Source: Leptospira sp. (GTDB lineage: Bacteria; Spirochaetota; Leptospiria; Leptospirales; Leptospiraceae). From it: DNA of 64,000 nt. Shown one piece after another: positions 53,595-64,000 of the stretch. The position numbers and the translations under genes were made by a program. The first letter of the stretch is position 1; every line of letters starts with the position of its first letter. The stretch covers positions 24,320-88,319 of the forward strand of contig JAPZRK010000007.1 of NCBI GenBank assembly GCA_027531445.1, given 5' to 3'. The notes below the pieces were generated by a model. It had not been told where the DNA came from, searched no databases, and saw only the letters and a program-made list of their open reading frames with translations.

Positions 53595-55562
53595 ATGGCA
53601 AAAGAAAGAATCGTCCCACCCAGCAAAGAGTTCGCAAAAAAAGCAAACATTGATCTTAAAACATACAAAGCACGTTACAAACTATCTATAGATCAACCCC
53701 TAAAATTTTGGGCCCAAGAAGCTGAAAGTTTAACTTGGAGAAAGAAGTGGAAAAAGATTCTTTCACATGATTTTGCGAAGGCGAAGGTTAAATGGTTTGA
53801 AGGTGGGAAAATAAATGTCTCTGAAAATTGTATTGATCGTCATCTAGATTCGCCTCTCCGCAACAAAGCGGCCATTATCTGGGAAGGCGACAATCCTGAT
53901 GAAAGCAGAGTTTTAACGTATCAGGACTTACACCGAGAAGTTAATAAATTTGCTAATGTTCTACTCCATCTAAAAGTTAAAAAGGGCGATCGTGTTCTAA
54001 TTTATCTTCCTATGATTCCAGAGCTTGCTATAGCAACTTTAGCATGCACACGCATTGGTGCAGTTCATTCTGTTGTTTTCGGCGGATTTTCACCCGAAGC
54101 TCTTCATGGACGAATTGAAGATTCAAAGCCTATACTCGTGATAACTTCAGATGGTGGTTATCGTGGAGGAAAAAACATTCCACTTAAAAGTAATGTTGAT
54201 AAAGCGTTAGATACATCAAAAACGACTATCAAGGATGTAATTGTTGTAAAACGAACTGGTGATGAAGCCACACTGAATTGGAAAGAGGGCAGAGATCATT
54301 GGTACCACTTTCTAATGAAAGATTCATCAATTCCAAAGTATTGTCCACCCGTATCTATGGATGCAGAGGATCCATTATTTATACTATATACTTCAGGATC
54401 GACAGGTAAACCAAAAGGAGTTTTGCACACAACGGCAGGATATCTGTTAGGTGCAAATTTAACATTTCGGTCTATTTTTGATTATAAAGAAACCGATACA
54501 TTCTGGTGCACGGCAGACATTGGCTGGATCACTGGACATAGCTATATTTTATATGGTCCCTTATCTAACGGTGCAACGACACTTATGTTTGAAGGCGTTC
54601 CAAGTTACCCAGACCATGGAAGATTTTGGGATGTGATTGATAAATATAGTGTTAGCATTTTTTATACTGCTCCTACTGCAATCCGCGCTCTGATGAGAGA
54701 GAGTCTGGATTTTGTGAACAAAAGATCTTTAAAATCACTCAGACTTTTAGGAACGGTTGGTGAGCCGATCAATCCAGAAGCATGGGAATGGTATTACAAA
54801 AATATAGGTAAATCAAGATGTCCCATAGTAGACACTTGGTGGCAAACGGAAACTGGATCTATTATGATTTCGGGAATACCGGGGGCTATACCACAAAAGC
54901 CTGGTTCGGCGAGTCTGCCTTTTTATGGAATCAAACCGGTTTTAGTTGATAATGACGGAAAAGAAATAAAGGAAAAAGGCTTTATTTCAGGTAATCTCTG
55001 CATCGCTTCTCCTTGGCCATCGATGATGAGAGGTGTGTATGGAGATTCAAAAAGATTCTTTGATACCTATTTTTCACAATTCCCTGGTTATTATTTTACT
55101 GGAGATGGAGCAACCCGTGATAAGGATGGTTACTTCCGAATCACTGGTCGAGTTGATGACGTGCTCAATGTTTCAGGTCACAGGATAGGTTCCGCTGAGG
55201 TTGAAAGTGCTCTCGTTGAGCACAAATCAATTGCGGAAGCGGCTGTAGTTGGTTTTCCTCATGGTATAAAAGGGCAAGGCATCTATGCCTATGTAACAGT
55301 AAAACAAGGTATAGCGACAAATGATTCATTAAAACAAGAATTGATAGCCAGTGTTGAAAAGATGATTGGAAAGATAGCAAGACCAGACGTAATACACTGG
55401 GCACCTGGCCTTCCAAAAACAAGATCAGGTAAAATCATGAGAAGGATACTTAGAAAGATAGCATGTGATGAATTTGATACGTTAGGTGATATTTCTACTC
55501 TGGCAGATCCTAATGTCGTTCAAACATTGATAGATGACAAAAAGAAATACCACAGCAACTAA
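53595..55562 (+). CDS. acs: Acetyl-CoA synthetase
   Basis: [42 protein letters not shown]. Confidence 0.97.
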   Translation: MAKERIVPPSKEFAKKANIDLKTYKARYKLSIDQPLKFWAQEAESLTWRKKWKKILSHDFAKAKVKWFEGGKINVSENCIDRHLDSPLRNKAAIIWEGDNPDESRVLTYQDLHREVNKFANVLLHLKVKKGDRVLIYLPMIPELAIATLACTRIGAVHSVVFGGFSPEALHGRIEDSKPILVITSDGGYRGGKNIPLKSNVDKALDTSKTTIKDVIVVKRTGDEATLNWKEGRDHWYHFLMKDSSIPKYCPPVSMDAEDPLFILYTSGSTGKPKGVLHTTAGYLLGANLTFRSIFDYKETDTFWCTADIGWITGHSYILYGPLSNGATTLMFEGVPSYPDHGRFWDVIDKYSVSIFYTAPTAIRALMRESLDFVNKRSLKSLRLLGTVGEPINPEAWEWYYKNIGKSRCPIVDTWWQTETGSIMISGIPGAIPQKPGSASLPFYGIKPVLVDNDGKEIKEKGFISGNLCIASPWPSMMRGVYGDSKRFFDTYFSQFPGYYFTGDGATRDKDGYFRITGRVDDVLNVSGHRIGSAEVESALVEHKSIAEAAVVGFPHGIKGQGIYAYVTVKQGIATNDSLKQELIASVEKMIGKIARPDVIHWAPGLPKTRSGKIMRRILRKIACDEFDTLGDISTLADPNVVQTLIDDKKKYHSN

Positions 55563-55565
55563 TTC

Positions 55566-56729
55566 TTAAAGCTCCAAACGTTCTAAGGAGAATGGGCCGA
55601 TAACAAATAGAAATTCCTTTTCGGAACTCTCTTCGTCCCTTTTCCTCAGTAATGTTCTATAATAATCTGCCTTTAATGGATTCTTACTGCGAAACCAATA
55701 GACTCCGAAAAGAAGGTATTCCCTATTTTTTCGATATGTTTGTATATGATTTTCAAGCACATCATCTGTCAATGTGTCTCGATTCTTAATGTCTTTGCCA
55801 AGAGAATCGATGGCCAAGGTTTCTTTTTCCCATCCAAGATTCGCATAACTTTGTCTAAGTAAAAAAAGAAATTCTCCCCTGTCACCTTTGGCGTTATACT
55901 TGAGTGAATTAAAAAATGCTCTTCGAAAAAGCGAAAGCGATTCTAGATAACGATTGTTCTCCTGCATATAAACACCGAATCGAACAAAATATCTAGTTTC
56001 TTCTTTGAAAGTGACACAAGCCATAGTGTATGCATCTTCGATCAACGGAGATTTAGTTCCCCTTCTTGCAAGAATCAATGTTTCGAACAATCCCTCCACT
56101 CGAGGAAAAAATGGAAGATACCGTAAAGCTAGGTCTTCTGCCTCCTTCCATTTTTTAAGTTTGATATTTTTGGTTAAGGAAGATTGTAAGGAATCCCCTT
56201 CAGAGGCGAAGGAATTATCATTCTCCAGACTTTGAATATATGTTTGGTAATCAGCTTCCTTTCCAATCCGTCTTGAAAGTATTGCTGATTTAAAGATGCG
56301 ATATTTATCCGTCGGAACCAGTTTTAAAAATCTCTGATTGTACAAAAGCGCCAATTCTGGTTTTCGTTCCGATTCATAGAAATCTGCAATTCTAAGCTCA
56401 AGCAAGTTTTGATTTGGATTGAGGTCAGCCGATTTACGATACGCTTCCATTGCTTCGAACTGTTTGCCTAGTTTCCAGAATGCATCACCGGTAAGATTAA
56501 AATATCGAAATTCCGGTTCTGGACGAAGATCAAGAGCTTTTGCTAAGAAGGAGAAAGAATTGCTCGGCTGATCCGTGATGATTTTCTGTTCAGCGATATC
56601 TAAGAGGTGGTCATATGTGAAGAATACCTTTACCGGATTCAAAGATTCCGCATAAATTCCAGTTTGAAACTGAAATAGACTTGTTAAGAGAAGCCATAAT
56701 TGACATATTCTCCTTGACCGTGATTGCAT
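55566..56729 (-). CDS. TPR-containing exported hypothetical protein
   Basis: Signal-like N-terminus; LAKALDLRPEP, GDAFWKLGKQFEAMEAYRKSADLNPN helical repeats. Confidence 0.7.
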   Translation of the reverse strand: MQSRSRRICQLWLLLTSLFQFQTGIYAESLNPVKVFFTYDHLLDIAEQKIITDQPSNSFSFLAKALDLRPEPEFRYFNLTGDAFWKLGKQFEAMEAYRKSADLNPNQNLLELRIADFYESERKPELALLYNQRFLKLVPTDKYRIFKSAILSRRIGKEADYQTYIQSLENDNSFASEGDSLQSSLTKNIKLKKWKEAEDLALRYLPFFPRVEGLFETLILARRGTKSPLIEDAYTMACVTFKEETRYFVRFGVYMQENNRYLESLSLFRRAFFNSLKYNAKGDRGEFLFLLRQSYANLGWEKETLAIDSLGKDIKNRDTLTDDVLENHIQTYRKNREYLLFGVYWFRSKNPLKADYYRTLLRKRDEESSEKEFLFVIGPFSLERLEL

Positions 56730-56801
56730 CTATGGTTTCTCATCGGTCATCTTTCAAAATTACTTAGAAAATCAAATATTCCACTCTAAAAGAGGATCTT
56801 C

Positions 56802-58949
56802 ATGAATGCAGAGCTGATCATAATCGCTATGGCCTTACTTTCCATTGTCACGGCGATATTCTACGCTAGCCGAGTCGTTCGAATTAAAGTTGGTGCCGAA
56901 GGTGGCAACGTTGAACAAAACAAGCGCTTAATCGAAATTGCCGCCGCTATTTCCGAGGGAGCTATGGCTTTCTTATTAAGAGAATATCGAGTCATTTTAC
57001 TATTTATCAGTTTTATGACCGTTCTTATATTTCTTCTACTCGATAATCCGAAAACGGCTTTCAACGAAGGGATTTACACATCAGTTGCCTTCATTAGCGG
57101 TGCTTTGATCTCCTGCCTCTCTGGTTTTATCGGAATGAAGATTGCAACGGCTGGAAACGTCCGTACAGCGCAAGCAGCAAAGACTTCCTTATCGGGTGCT
57201 TTCCGAGTAGCTTTTGACTCTGGGGCGGTGATGGGTTTTGGTCTGATTGGTCTTGCTGTGCTTGGACTGATAGGACTCTTTATGGCTTTTACTGGTCTGA
57301 ACCTTGGCGTTGAAAAACACATCCTTATGGAGTCTCTCGCTGGTTTTGGTTTGGGTGGATCTTCAGTAGCACTTTTCGGACGAGTGGGTGGTGGTATCTA
57401 CACAAAGGCAGCCGACGTAGGCGCTGACTTAGTAGGTAAAGTTGAGAAAGGTATACCGGAAGATGATCCTAGAAACCCGGCAACTATTGCAGATAACGTT
57501 GGAGACAACGTGGGTGATATTGCAGGAATGGGTGCTGACCTTTTCGGATCTGCTGCTGAAGCAACTTGTGCCGCACTCGTGATTGGTGCCACAGCATCTG
57601 CATTAGCTGACAATACAGCCGCACTTCTTTATCCATTGTTGATTTCTGCTGTTGGTATTCCTGCATCACTCATCACATCATTCTTTGCTCGGGTGAAAGA
57701 AGGTGGAAATGTTGAAAAAGCATTAAAAATGCAACTTTGGATTTCAACTTTCTTAGTCGCAGGTGCATTGTATTTTGTTACAGACATTTTTATGGTTGAT
57801 TCATTTCAAATCGCTGACCAAACAATTACAAAGTGGAATGTTTATACTTCAGTTCTACTTGGTCTTTTCGCTGGTATGTTGATCGGTTGGATTACAGAAA
57901 TTTACACTTCGCACTCTTACAAGCCGGTTCGTGAAGTGGCAGATGCATGTGATACAGGTGCTGCAACTAACATCATCTACGGTCTTGCTCTTGGATATAA
58001 ATCATCAGTAATTCCAGTAGTTCTTCTCGTGATCGTCATTGTTGTATCTAATATCGTTGCTGGTATGTATGGTATTGCTGTAGCAGCGATCGGTATGATA
58101 TCAACTATCGCGATCGGACTAACTATTGATGCGTATGGACCAGTTTCTGATAACGCTGGTGGTATTGCTGAAATGGCAGAACTCGGTAAAGAAGTGCGCG
58201 ACCGCACAGACAATTTAGATGCAGCTGGAAACACAACGGCGGCCGTCGGAAAAGGTTTTGCGATCGGATCTGCTGCTCTTACATCTCTCGCATTATTTGC
58301 GGCCTTTATTACAAGAACACAAGCCACTTCAAAAAGCATGGGAGAAGGTGCCATCGATCTAACATCTATTGAACTACTAGATCCTTGGGTATTCGGTGGA
58401 TTGTTGTTTGGTGCTATGTTACCTTTCATTTTTTCCGCAATGACAATGAAATCAGTTGGAAAAGCGGCTTTGGATATGGTAAAAGAAGTTCGCCGCCAGT
58501 TCAAAGAGATTCCTGGATTGATGGAAGGTACCGCAAAACCTGAGTATGCAAAATGTGTCGATATTTCAACATCTGCGGCACTCAGAGAAATGATTCCTCC
58601 AGGTATGCTTGTTTTATTGAGCCCAATCGTAGTTGGTTATCTCTTTGGAGTCAAATCGCTAGCTGGTATGTTAGCTGGTGCCTTGGTTTCCGGAGTTGTG
58701 ATGGCGATTTCAATGGCAAACTCAGGCGGCGCTTGGGATAATGCGAAAAAGTACATCGAAAAGACTGCTGGTGGAAAAGGATCTGACAAACACAAAGCGG
58801 CAGTTGTTGGAGATACTGTAGGTGATCCATTTAAAGATACATCTGGTCCTTCAATTAACATTCTAATCAAATTGATGGCTATCACATCACTTGTCTTCGC
58901 TGAGTTTTTTGTCTTAAAAGGTGGGATTTTGCTTCCATTCTTTAAATAA
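56802..58949 (+). CDS. hppA: Membrane-bound K+-dependent proton-translocating pyrophosphatase
   Basis: [60 protein letters not shown]. Confidence 0.96.
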   Translation: MNAELIIIAMALLSIVTAIFYASRVVRIKVGAEGGNVEQNKRLIEIAAAISEGAMAFLLREYRVILLFISFMTVLIFLLLDNPKTAFNEGIYTSVAFISGALISCLSGFIGMKIATAGNVRTAQAAKTSLSGAFRVAFDSGAVMGFGLIGLAVLGLIGLFMAFTGLNLGVEKHILMESLAGFGLGGSSVALFGRVGGGIYTKAADVGADLVGKVEKGIPEDDPRNPATIADNVGDNVGDIAGMGADLFGSAAEATCAALVIGATASALADNTAALLYPLLISAVGIPASLITSFFARVKEGGNVEKALKMQLWISTFLVAGALYFVTDIFMVDSFQIADQTITKWNVYTSVLLGLFAGMLIGWITEIYTSHSYKPVREVADACDTGAATNIIYGLALGYKSSVIPVVLLVIVIVVSNIVAGMYGIAVAAIGMISTIAIGLTIDAYGPVSDNAGGIAEMAELGKEVRDRTDNLDAAGNTTAAVGKGFAIGSAALTSLALFAAFITRTQATSKSMGEGAIDLTSIELLDPWVFGGLLFGAMLPFIFSAMTMKSVGKAALDMVKEVRRQFKEIPGLMEGTAKPEYAKCVDISTSAALREMIPPGMLVLLSPIVVGYLFGVKSLAGMLAGALVSGVVMAISMANSGGAWDNAKKYIEKTAGGKGSDKHKAAVVGDTVGDPFKDTSGPSINILIKLMAITSLVFAEFFVLKGGILLPFFK

Positions 58950-58973
58950 GATCTAAGAATTTCTCATTTGTAT

Positions 58974-59003
58974 AAAAAGCCGGACAGTTTGTTCGGCTTT
59001 TTT
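58974..59003. terminator. Bidirectional rho-independent terminator
   Basis: AAAAAGCCGGAC-AGTTT-GTTCGGCTTTTT between convergent hppA and the Ig-like gene. Confidence 0.88.
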
Positions 59004-59006
59004 AAT

Positions 59007-59450
59007 TTATTGAGTTGTAAAAGAAAAAGTAAAATCTGAGCCTAAAGTTTCACCAGAAGTAGATCGGATCGCTGATTTTAATGTTATGCTGTAGGTACTT
59101 GCAGCATCAAAAACATTGCTCGGTCGAATAGTCAAAGTGACAGTCGATGTTGAAGCTGATAAGCTTGATATGCTATTTGTTGCTGGTTGAACGAACGAAA
59201 TGTTTCCTGAAATGGAAGTATTATCTAAAGATCGATTAAATAAGATCGAGATATTTGTGTTTCGATTGATACCAGTTTCTCCATTCGATGGATTTGTACT
59301 GGTAACACCGAAGGGAGCAGTAGCCGTCGCTGCCGGTAATGCTAGAAGTCCCAATAAGAAGGGTTCAGGCTTTGGAGTGCAACCAAAGACAAAAAATGAA
59401 ACAATTATGGTATTTAGAAAAGATAATTTATTTCCTATCTCGGAGTTCAT
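59007..59450 (-). CDS. Lipoprotein with bacterial Ig-like (Big_5-type) domain
   Basis: VFGC lipobox; VTSTNPSNGETG, ISILFNRSLD, YSITLKSAI, FTFSFTT. Confidence 0.82.
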   Translation of the reverse strand: MNSEIGNKLSFLNTIIVSFFVFGCTPKPEPFLLGLLALPAATATAPFGVTSTNPSNGETGINRNTNISILFNRSLDNTSISGNISFVQPATNSISSLSASTSTVTLTIRPSNVFDAASTYSITLKSAIRSTSGETLGSDFTFSFTTQ

Positions 59451-59473
59451 AATTGTTCTTCTATTATTTACGA

Positions 59474-59797
59474 CTAAACACCCTTAATTATTGTGCATAG
59501 TTTTGCATAAATTCCCAAAATTGTAAAAGAACGCTGGTCTATCGTATTTATTTTTGAAACATAGGCATGTTCTTGAGCAGTTGAAATTGTAGCATCGCCC
59601 CAAGCAATGAGACCCAGTATCGAGTAAGCGCATGCTGATCCTTCTTTCGAAGAGATAGAACCTGTACTATAAAGAGTTAAAGTGTGTTCGGAGAAAAGGA
59701 GAGGTTGTGGTCCGGATCCGGTAGAAGCACAAGTAGTGAAGAAAGATAAGAGTAAGCAGAGAAATCCTCTCTGTATTCTAATATATTTATTTCCCAT
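59474..59797 (-). CDS. TRL-like family lipoprotein
   Basis: TTC lipobox; GSACAYSILGLIAWGDATI, IDQ, CTIIKG. Confidence 0.82.
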   Translation of the reverse strand: MGNKYIRIQRGFLCLLLSFFTTCASTGSGPQPLLFSEHTLTLYSTGSISSKEGSACAYSILGLIAWGDATISTAQEHAYVSKINTIDQRSFTILGIYAKLCTIIKGV

Positions 59798-60113
59798 AGA
59801 TCAAAGTACAGTATTCCTGAAGAAATAGATATTGTGTTTTGACAGAGTGATCGATTGAATAAATTTCCTTAATATTTGCCTGGTTTTGTGCGATTTCGGA
59901 ACTGGCATCTCCATATGAAACCAAACCAAAATAGCTTGTGATACATGATTCGCCCATCTTAAATTGATATCTTGGAGAGGTTGATTTTCCATATATTCCC
60001 TGCACACCTTGATTTTTAAATACAGTGAGGCTTGGATTCCCAGATTGAATACTCAAACAAGCATTTCCCAAAATAGCAAACATACACAAAAAATTATTAA
60101 GGTTTCGAATCAT
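59787..60113 (-). CDS. TRL-like family lipoprotein (tandem paralogue)
   Basis: GNAC lipobox; GESCITSYFGLVSYGDASS, IDH, CTLIYG. Start moved to ATG 60113. Confidence 0.8.
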   Translation of the reverse strand: MIRNLNNFLCMFAILGNACLSIQSGNPSLTVFKNQGVQGIYGKSTSPRYQFKMGESCITSYFGLVSYGDASSEIAQNQANIKEIYSIDHSVKTQYLFLQEYCTLIYGK

Positions 60114-60942
60114 TGATGGTGTCAAAGAAGTAAAAATAGGAAAAACGGATGCCCCTATCCATCGCGTTCTCGTTACGTGCAAGTATACTCAATTGCAAAG
60201 ATAAACTAAAAGTACCAATTGATTCAGATTTGTAAGCGATACCCGGGTAAATATTGAAGAAACGAGTTTTTGTATCTACATTACGATCAAATGGCTCTCG
60301 GTATTCTAACTCTAAAAACATTCGTATACTTTCTGTAGCGGCAAATGAAGGCGCTATTCCAAATTGATAATACCTTCGAAATTCTTCTAACGTACCTTCC
60401 TTCATTTTCTGATTCGTTTCTGTTTGGAATCTTAATTCACTCATAATTTCAAATCGTCCCGATTTAAAACCTAAACCAAAATTTGGACGAATCAAATAGT
60501 ATTCAGGATTCTCTCGTTCTCGCAGCTCGCCTCCACGTTTACGATCGAAGAATGAAATTCCTCCGCCGACCAAAAGTTGTCCTGAGGCGAAATCAAAAAT
60601 CTTCCCATATTTCAGTCCGAAATTCCAGCGATTCCATGTCTCTTCTACTGCAGAATTTGTTTGAACATAGTTGGTTTTTCCGATGGAGGATGTTATTGAA
60701 AAATTGTTCCAAAAATTATATTCACCTTCAATATTAAGATTTTTGTTTTGTTCATAAATCCCTAGATTTCTTTTATCCCAATAACTTGCATTGACTCGAA
60801 TTTTATTGTAGATAGCGACAGGTTCAATCTGTAATGGATGTGCAAAGTTGGATTTTGATTCTGCAAAATTGGCTGAATGAAAAATATGAAACAATAAAAA
60901 AAGAGAAAAACCTTTATAAAGTAAAGAGAAGATTGTTTTCAT
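60097..60942 (-). CDS. Exported hypothetical protein, probable beta-barrel
   Basis: Signal peptide; alternating aromatic/polar strands throughout. Confidence 0.7.
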   Translation of the reverse strand: MKTIFSLLYKGFSLFLLFHIFHSANFAESKSNFAHPLQIEPVAIYNKIRVNASYWDKRNLGIYEQNKNLNIEGEYNFWNNFSITSSIGKTNYVQTNSAVEETWNRWNFGLKYGKIFDFASGQLLVGGGISFFDRKRGGELRERENPEYYLIRPNFGLGFKSGRFEIMSELRFQTETNQKMKEGTLEEFRRYYQFGIAPSFAATESIRMFLELEYREPFDRNVDTKTRFFNIYPGIAYKSESIGTFSLSLQLSILARNENAMDRGIRFSYFYFFDTINDSKP

Positions 60943-61793
60943 GGATTTACACCCGTTATAGGAGAAATCAATTTACTAAAATTGTTCCCGATGATTTCAA
61001 ATCCTAAGTTGTTTGGATGTATACAATCCAACATTAATTCCGACTTTGCAATTGGTGGCCCACCCAAACTTCTCCTTAAATCAGTGTAATAGAATGTAGG
61101 TTCTTCCGAAGTGATTCCTCTTAACATTTCATTGTAAGCATTCAAAATCGAAACTGAGTAGGTTTCTACGTTTTCAGAGCTCACTCCGGCAGAAATAAAT
61201 TTTGTTCTACATCCTTCATCGGCACCTGGTATGACTGCTGATTTATACGGATTTGAATAATCATATCCATGTATGATCCATTTTAACGGAGCACCACCAT
61301 ATTTTGAAAGTTTAAAGGCATTGCCCGATTGTATCATTACCTTTAAATCGTTTTTGATCTCACGGAGTCTTGTTGATTTAGTAGCTTCGAAGTTATTAGC
61401 ATATTCGGATAAATTGGCCTGTAAATCATTGCCACCTAGTGAGAGTAGAATTGTATTTACATCAGCTCCAGCCTGATCAATCACCTGGTAATGCAATCCT
61501 TGACTAAATGCTGCCTTAAGTGTTTGTCCACCTAGTGTAGCGCCTGTAATTTGGTAGCCATGTTTATTTTCTAGTTGAATGCGAAGGGTATCAATGGCAG
61601 GAAATCCTAAGAGTAAGTCAGTCCAACTATCCCCAATCATTCCCACTCGGGTTGGTTGTTTTTTTCCACATCCGGCAAATGAGTAACAAATGATGTTCAG
61701 GGCTGCATCATCGAAATAGTCTTTTTTAGTATCGCAGTTGCTGACTGTTAAAAACGAGGAAACTATAATTAGAGAAGCGAATCTCGAATGCAT
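60939..61793 (-). CDS. SGNH/GDSL hydrolase family lipoprotein
   Basis: IGDSW, LGGNDL, DCIHPN; SNC lipobox-like. Confidence 0.88.
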   Translation of the reverse strand: MHSRFASLIIVSSFLTVSNCDTKKDYFDDAALNIICYSFAGCGKKQPTRVGMIGDSWTDLLLGFPAIDTLRIQLENKHGYQITGATLGGQTLKAAFSQGLHYQVIDQAGADVNTILLSLGGNDLQANLSEYANNFEATKSTRLREIKNDLKVMIQSGNAFKLSKYGGAPLKWIIHGYDYSNPYKSAVIPGADEGCRTKFISAGVSSENVETYSVSILNAYNEMLRGITSEEPTFYYTDLRRSLGGPPIAKSELMLDCIHPNNLGFEIIGNNFSKLISPITGVNP

Positions 61794-61797
61794 TCAC

Positions 61798-63045
61798 TCA
61801 TTTTGATTGCCGAGACCATCTGTCAATAATTACGGAAGCTACTAAATCGCCACTTAGGTTTACAGAAGTGCGACACATATCTAAAAATCTATCTACTCCG
61901 AAAATCAGCGCAATCCCTTCGACTGGAATCTGAAATGTCTGAAGGATTGAGGCTAAGATGACAATACCCACGCCAGGCGTTGCGGCCGTCCCAATAGAAG
62001 CACCAGTTACACTCAGTACAAGTAAAATGAGTTGGGGCAGAGTGAATTCAATTTGATATATCTGACTGATGAAAATTGTTGCTACTGCTTGATAAAGGGC
62101 GGTCCCATCCATATTGATAGTCGCACCTAACGGTAAAACAAAATCAGCTACTTTCTCTTTGATATGAAGCTTAGTTTTAGCAATAGTAAGTGAAATAGGA
62201 AGAACAGAGCTAGAACTTGAAGTAGAAAACCCTAAAATCTGAACCTCGCGAATTGAGGCTAGAAAATGAAATGGGTTTCTTTTGCCGAGTATAAATACAA
62301 TGATCAGATAAAAACAAAGCAGAAGAAGAAGTCCAAATATGACACAGGCTACATAATATAACAGAGCAATCATTAGACTTGCCCCAATTTGTGTAACTGC
62401 GTAAGCCATTAAACCAAATACAGCAAAGGGAGCCATCTTCATAATTTGACTTACAGTCCATATACAAAACGATTCCAGAGATTTGAAGAAGATCCGGAGG
62501 GGCTCCGAATCCATTTTGTTAGATGATAAAAAGAAAATTCCGAGTATGACTCCGAGTAAAACAAGAGATAACATCTTTTGTTCAGAAAATGCTCGAACGA
62601 TATTTTTAGGAATGATCTCTGAAATTATAAATGGTATCGCTTCATCCTTTTCAATTTTTTGAACCTTTATATCACTTTTTATGGCAGGCAATATCGAAGA
62701 TTCAATGTGAGAGCCAGGCTTAACGAACGATGCAATGGAAATTCCTATGATGACGGCGATGATCGTTGTGGAGACAAAATATGCAATTGTTCGAGTTCCT
62801 AAGTTTAAAAGTTCACTCACATTTTCTAAACTAGAAACACCTAGTGCAACGGAAGAGATTACGAGTGGAATCATAATCATTTGTAATAAATTGAGAAAAA
62901 TGTCTCCAGGAAATTTTAGCCAAGGTAGAATCGCATCCGAGGTGATCTTTGTAAAAACATTTGCCTCTGGATGTAAGCAAATTCCAGTAAGACTGCCAAG
63001 AAAAAAACTAATGAGTATTAGAAGCCAAAATGGAATGCGTTTCAT
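61798..63045 (-). CDS. Dicarboxylate/amino acid:cation symporter (GltP/DctA family)
   Basis: FLNLLQMIMIPLV, FSTSSSS, PLGATINMDGT, DRFLDMCRTSVN. Confidence 0.94.
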   Translation of the reverse strand: MKRIPFWLLILISFFLGSLTGICLHPEANVFTKITSDAILPWLKFPGDIFLNLLQMIMIPLVISSVALGVSSLENVSELLNLGTRTIAYFVSTTIIAVIIGISIASFVKPGSHIESSILPAIKSDIKVQKIEKDEAIPFIISEIIPKNIVRAFSEQKMLSLVLLGVILGIFFLSSNKMDSEPLRIFFKSLESFCIWTVSQIMKMAPFAVFGLMAYAVTQIGASLMIALLYYVACVIFGLLLLLCFYLIIVFILGKRNPFHFLASIREVQILGFSTSSSSSVLPISLTIAKTKLHIKEKVADFVLPLGATINMDGTALYQAVATIFISQIYQIEFTLPQLILLVLSVTGASIGTAATPGVGIVILASILQTFQIPVEGIALIFGVDRFLDMCRTSVNLSGDLVASVIIDRWSRQSK

Positions 63046-63059
63046 ATAGTTACTTTGAG

Positions 63060-64000
63060 TTAAAGTGCTATGTAAAGTTGAAACAAATCAATCGTCTGCA
63101 ATATTTTCGCACCGTTTTTGATTTTTCGGATTTCAATTTCGTAAGTTTCCTTAGCCTTTTGAATCTCTTTCATCGTACGATGTAAAACAGACTTTTTCTC
63201 CGGGCGAGTATCCCATTTATACGCGGCTTCCTGACGCATTAATTTTTCTTCTAATTGACGGATCAATTTTTGGTGAGATAGTTCAACTTTGTATTCTTCT
63301 TTTTGGAAAATAGACAATGTCTCTTTCTGGAGTATCTGTTTTCTTGCTTCTACGTCGCTCAAGATTTTTGGATAACATTTGATATAAAGATTTTCAATTT
63401 TTGAAAGGGGAAGCTCGTCCGCGGGAACGTATGTTTTTGCCTCAACCCAGTCCGATGAAATTTCGTCTTTATGATTGATTTCATTCGTCGTTAGATCATA
63501 TTCCAAAAAGAAGATTTCTCTCCTTTTCAAAGAAAACTTAAATTCGACAAGAAAGACTAATAAAATTTTGTTTTTTAGTACTTTTGAGTAAACATACTTC
63601 TTTTTGTTACCAATTTGTGAGTTGGTAAATAACTCTGTGACGCGTTCGACGAATGGATGACCGAATGCCATAAATTCTAATGTATCATTTGTTAAAGCAA
63701 GATCAGAATCAAAAGTTGCAGGTTTTGACTTGCCTTCCGGATTTGTATATTGATAGAGTTCATTCTTTTTTTCACTCAATCTTCCTGGTAATTGATTTAA
63801 AAAGATTTTTGAACCAGAAGTAACGATTTCTTCTAGATGTTGGTTATTCCATGCTCTATCATCTTGAGTGTGATCATAATAGTCTTTAAGATTGAAATCT
63901 AATAATTTTGGTGTAACTAGAGAATTAAGTTTCTCAAATCCTTTTTGAGCAACTTGAATTCTTAGATCAAGTTCAGTGTCCATTTCTTCTTTCGTTTTTG
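63060..64000 (-). CDS. C-terminal part of a longer protein, possibly a RapA/SNF2-like helicase tail (partial)
   Basis: Frame stays open upstream of ATG 63983 (KTKEE) to the window edge; charged helical C-terminus. The family guess is weak. Confidence 0.6.
   Translation of the reverse strand, partial: KTKEEMDTELDLRIQVAQKGFEKLNSLVTPKLLDFNLKDYYDHTQDDRAWNNQHLEEIVTSGSKIFLNQLPGRLSEKKNELYQYTNPEGKSKPATFDSDLALTNDTLEFMAFGHPFVERVTELFTNSQIGNKKKYVYSKVLKNKILLVFLVEFKFSLKRREIFFLEYDLTTNEINHKDEISSDWVEAKTYVPADELPLSKIENLYIKCYPKILSDVEARKQILQKETLSIFQKEEYKVELSHQKLIRQLEEKLMRQEAAYKWDTRPEKKSVLHRTMKEIQKAKETYEIEIRKIKNGAKILQTIDLFQLYIAL

Overview
Origin-of-replication region of a Leptospira chromosome. LipL21 and the gene order support the genus; a saprophytic clade is likely but is inference. 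The window is almost all core genome: dnaA-dnaN-recF-dciA-gyrB-gyrA-dusB, holB-ilvE, mnmG-(orf)-rsmG-parA-parB with two near-consensus parS sites, hslO-tsaE-tsaB-rnr, holA, serS, tatD, a tRNA cluster (3x Ser, 1x Arg) interleaved with tadA and dnaX-ebfC-recR, folE-acs, hppA and several envelope/lipoprotein genes. I saw no transposase, integrase, prophage, CRISPR or rRNA. Best leads: (1) an AT-rich lipoprotein gene after the lipL21 terminator with the layout of a solitary integron-type gene cassette (GTTATACG ... ORF ... CGTATAAC plus a degenerate attC-like site) and no integrase in the window; (2) an alkaline-phosphatase-superfamily lipoprotein whose motif order indicates circular permutation; (3) a probable oriC built from repeated TTATGTC motifs instead of canonical DnaA boxes, paired with a DnaA whose recognition helix is substituted; (4) a tRNA-punctuated operon where tadA starts 1 nt after its substrate tRNA-Arg(ACG), one CDS ends inside that tRNA, and there is no room for the SRP RNA often found before dnaX; (5) several probable pseudo-enzymes. 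All family calls come from motifs read by eye; no database search was run, so novelty is unverified.
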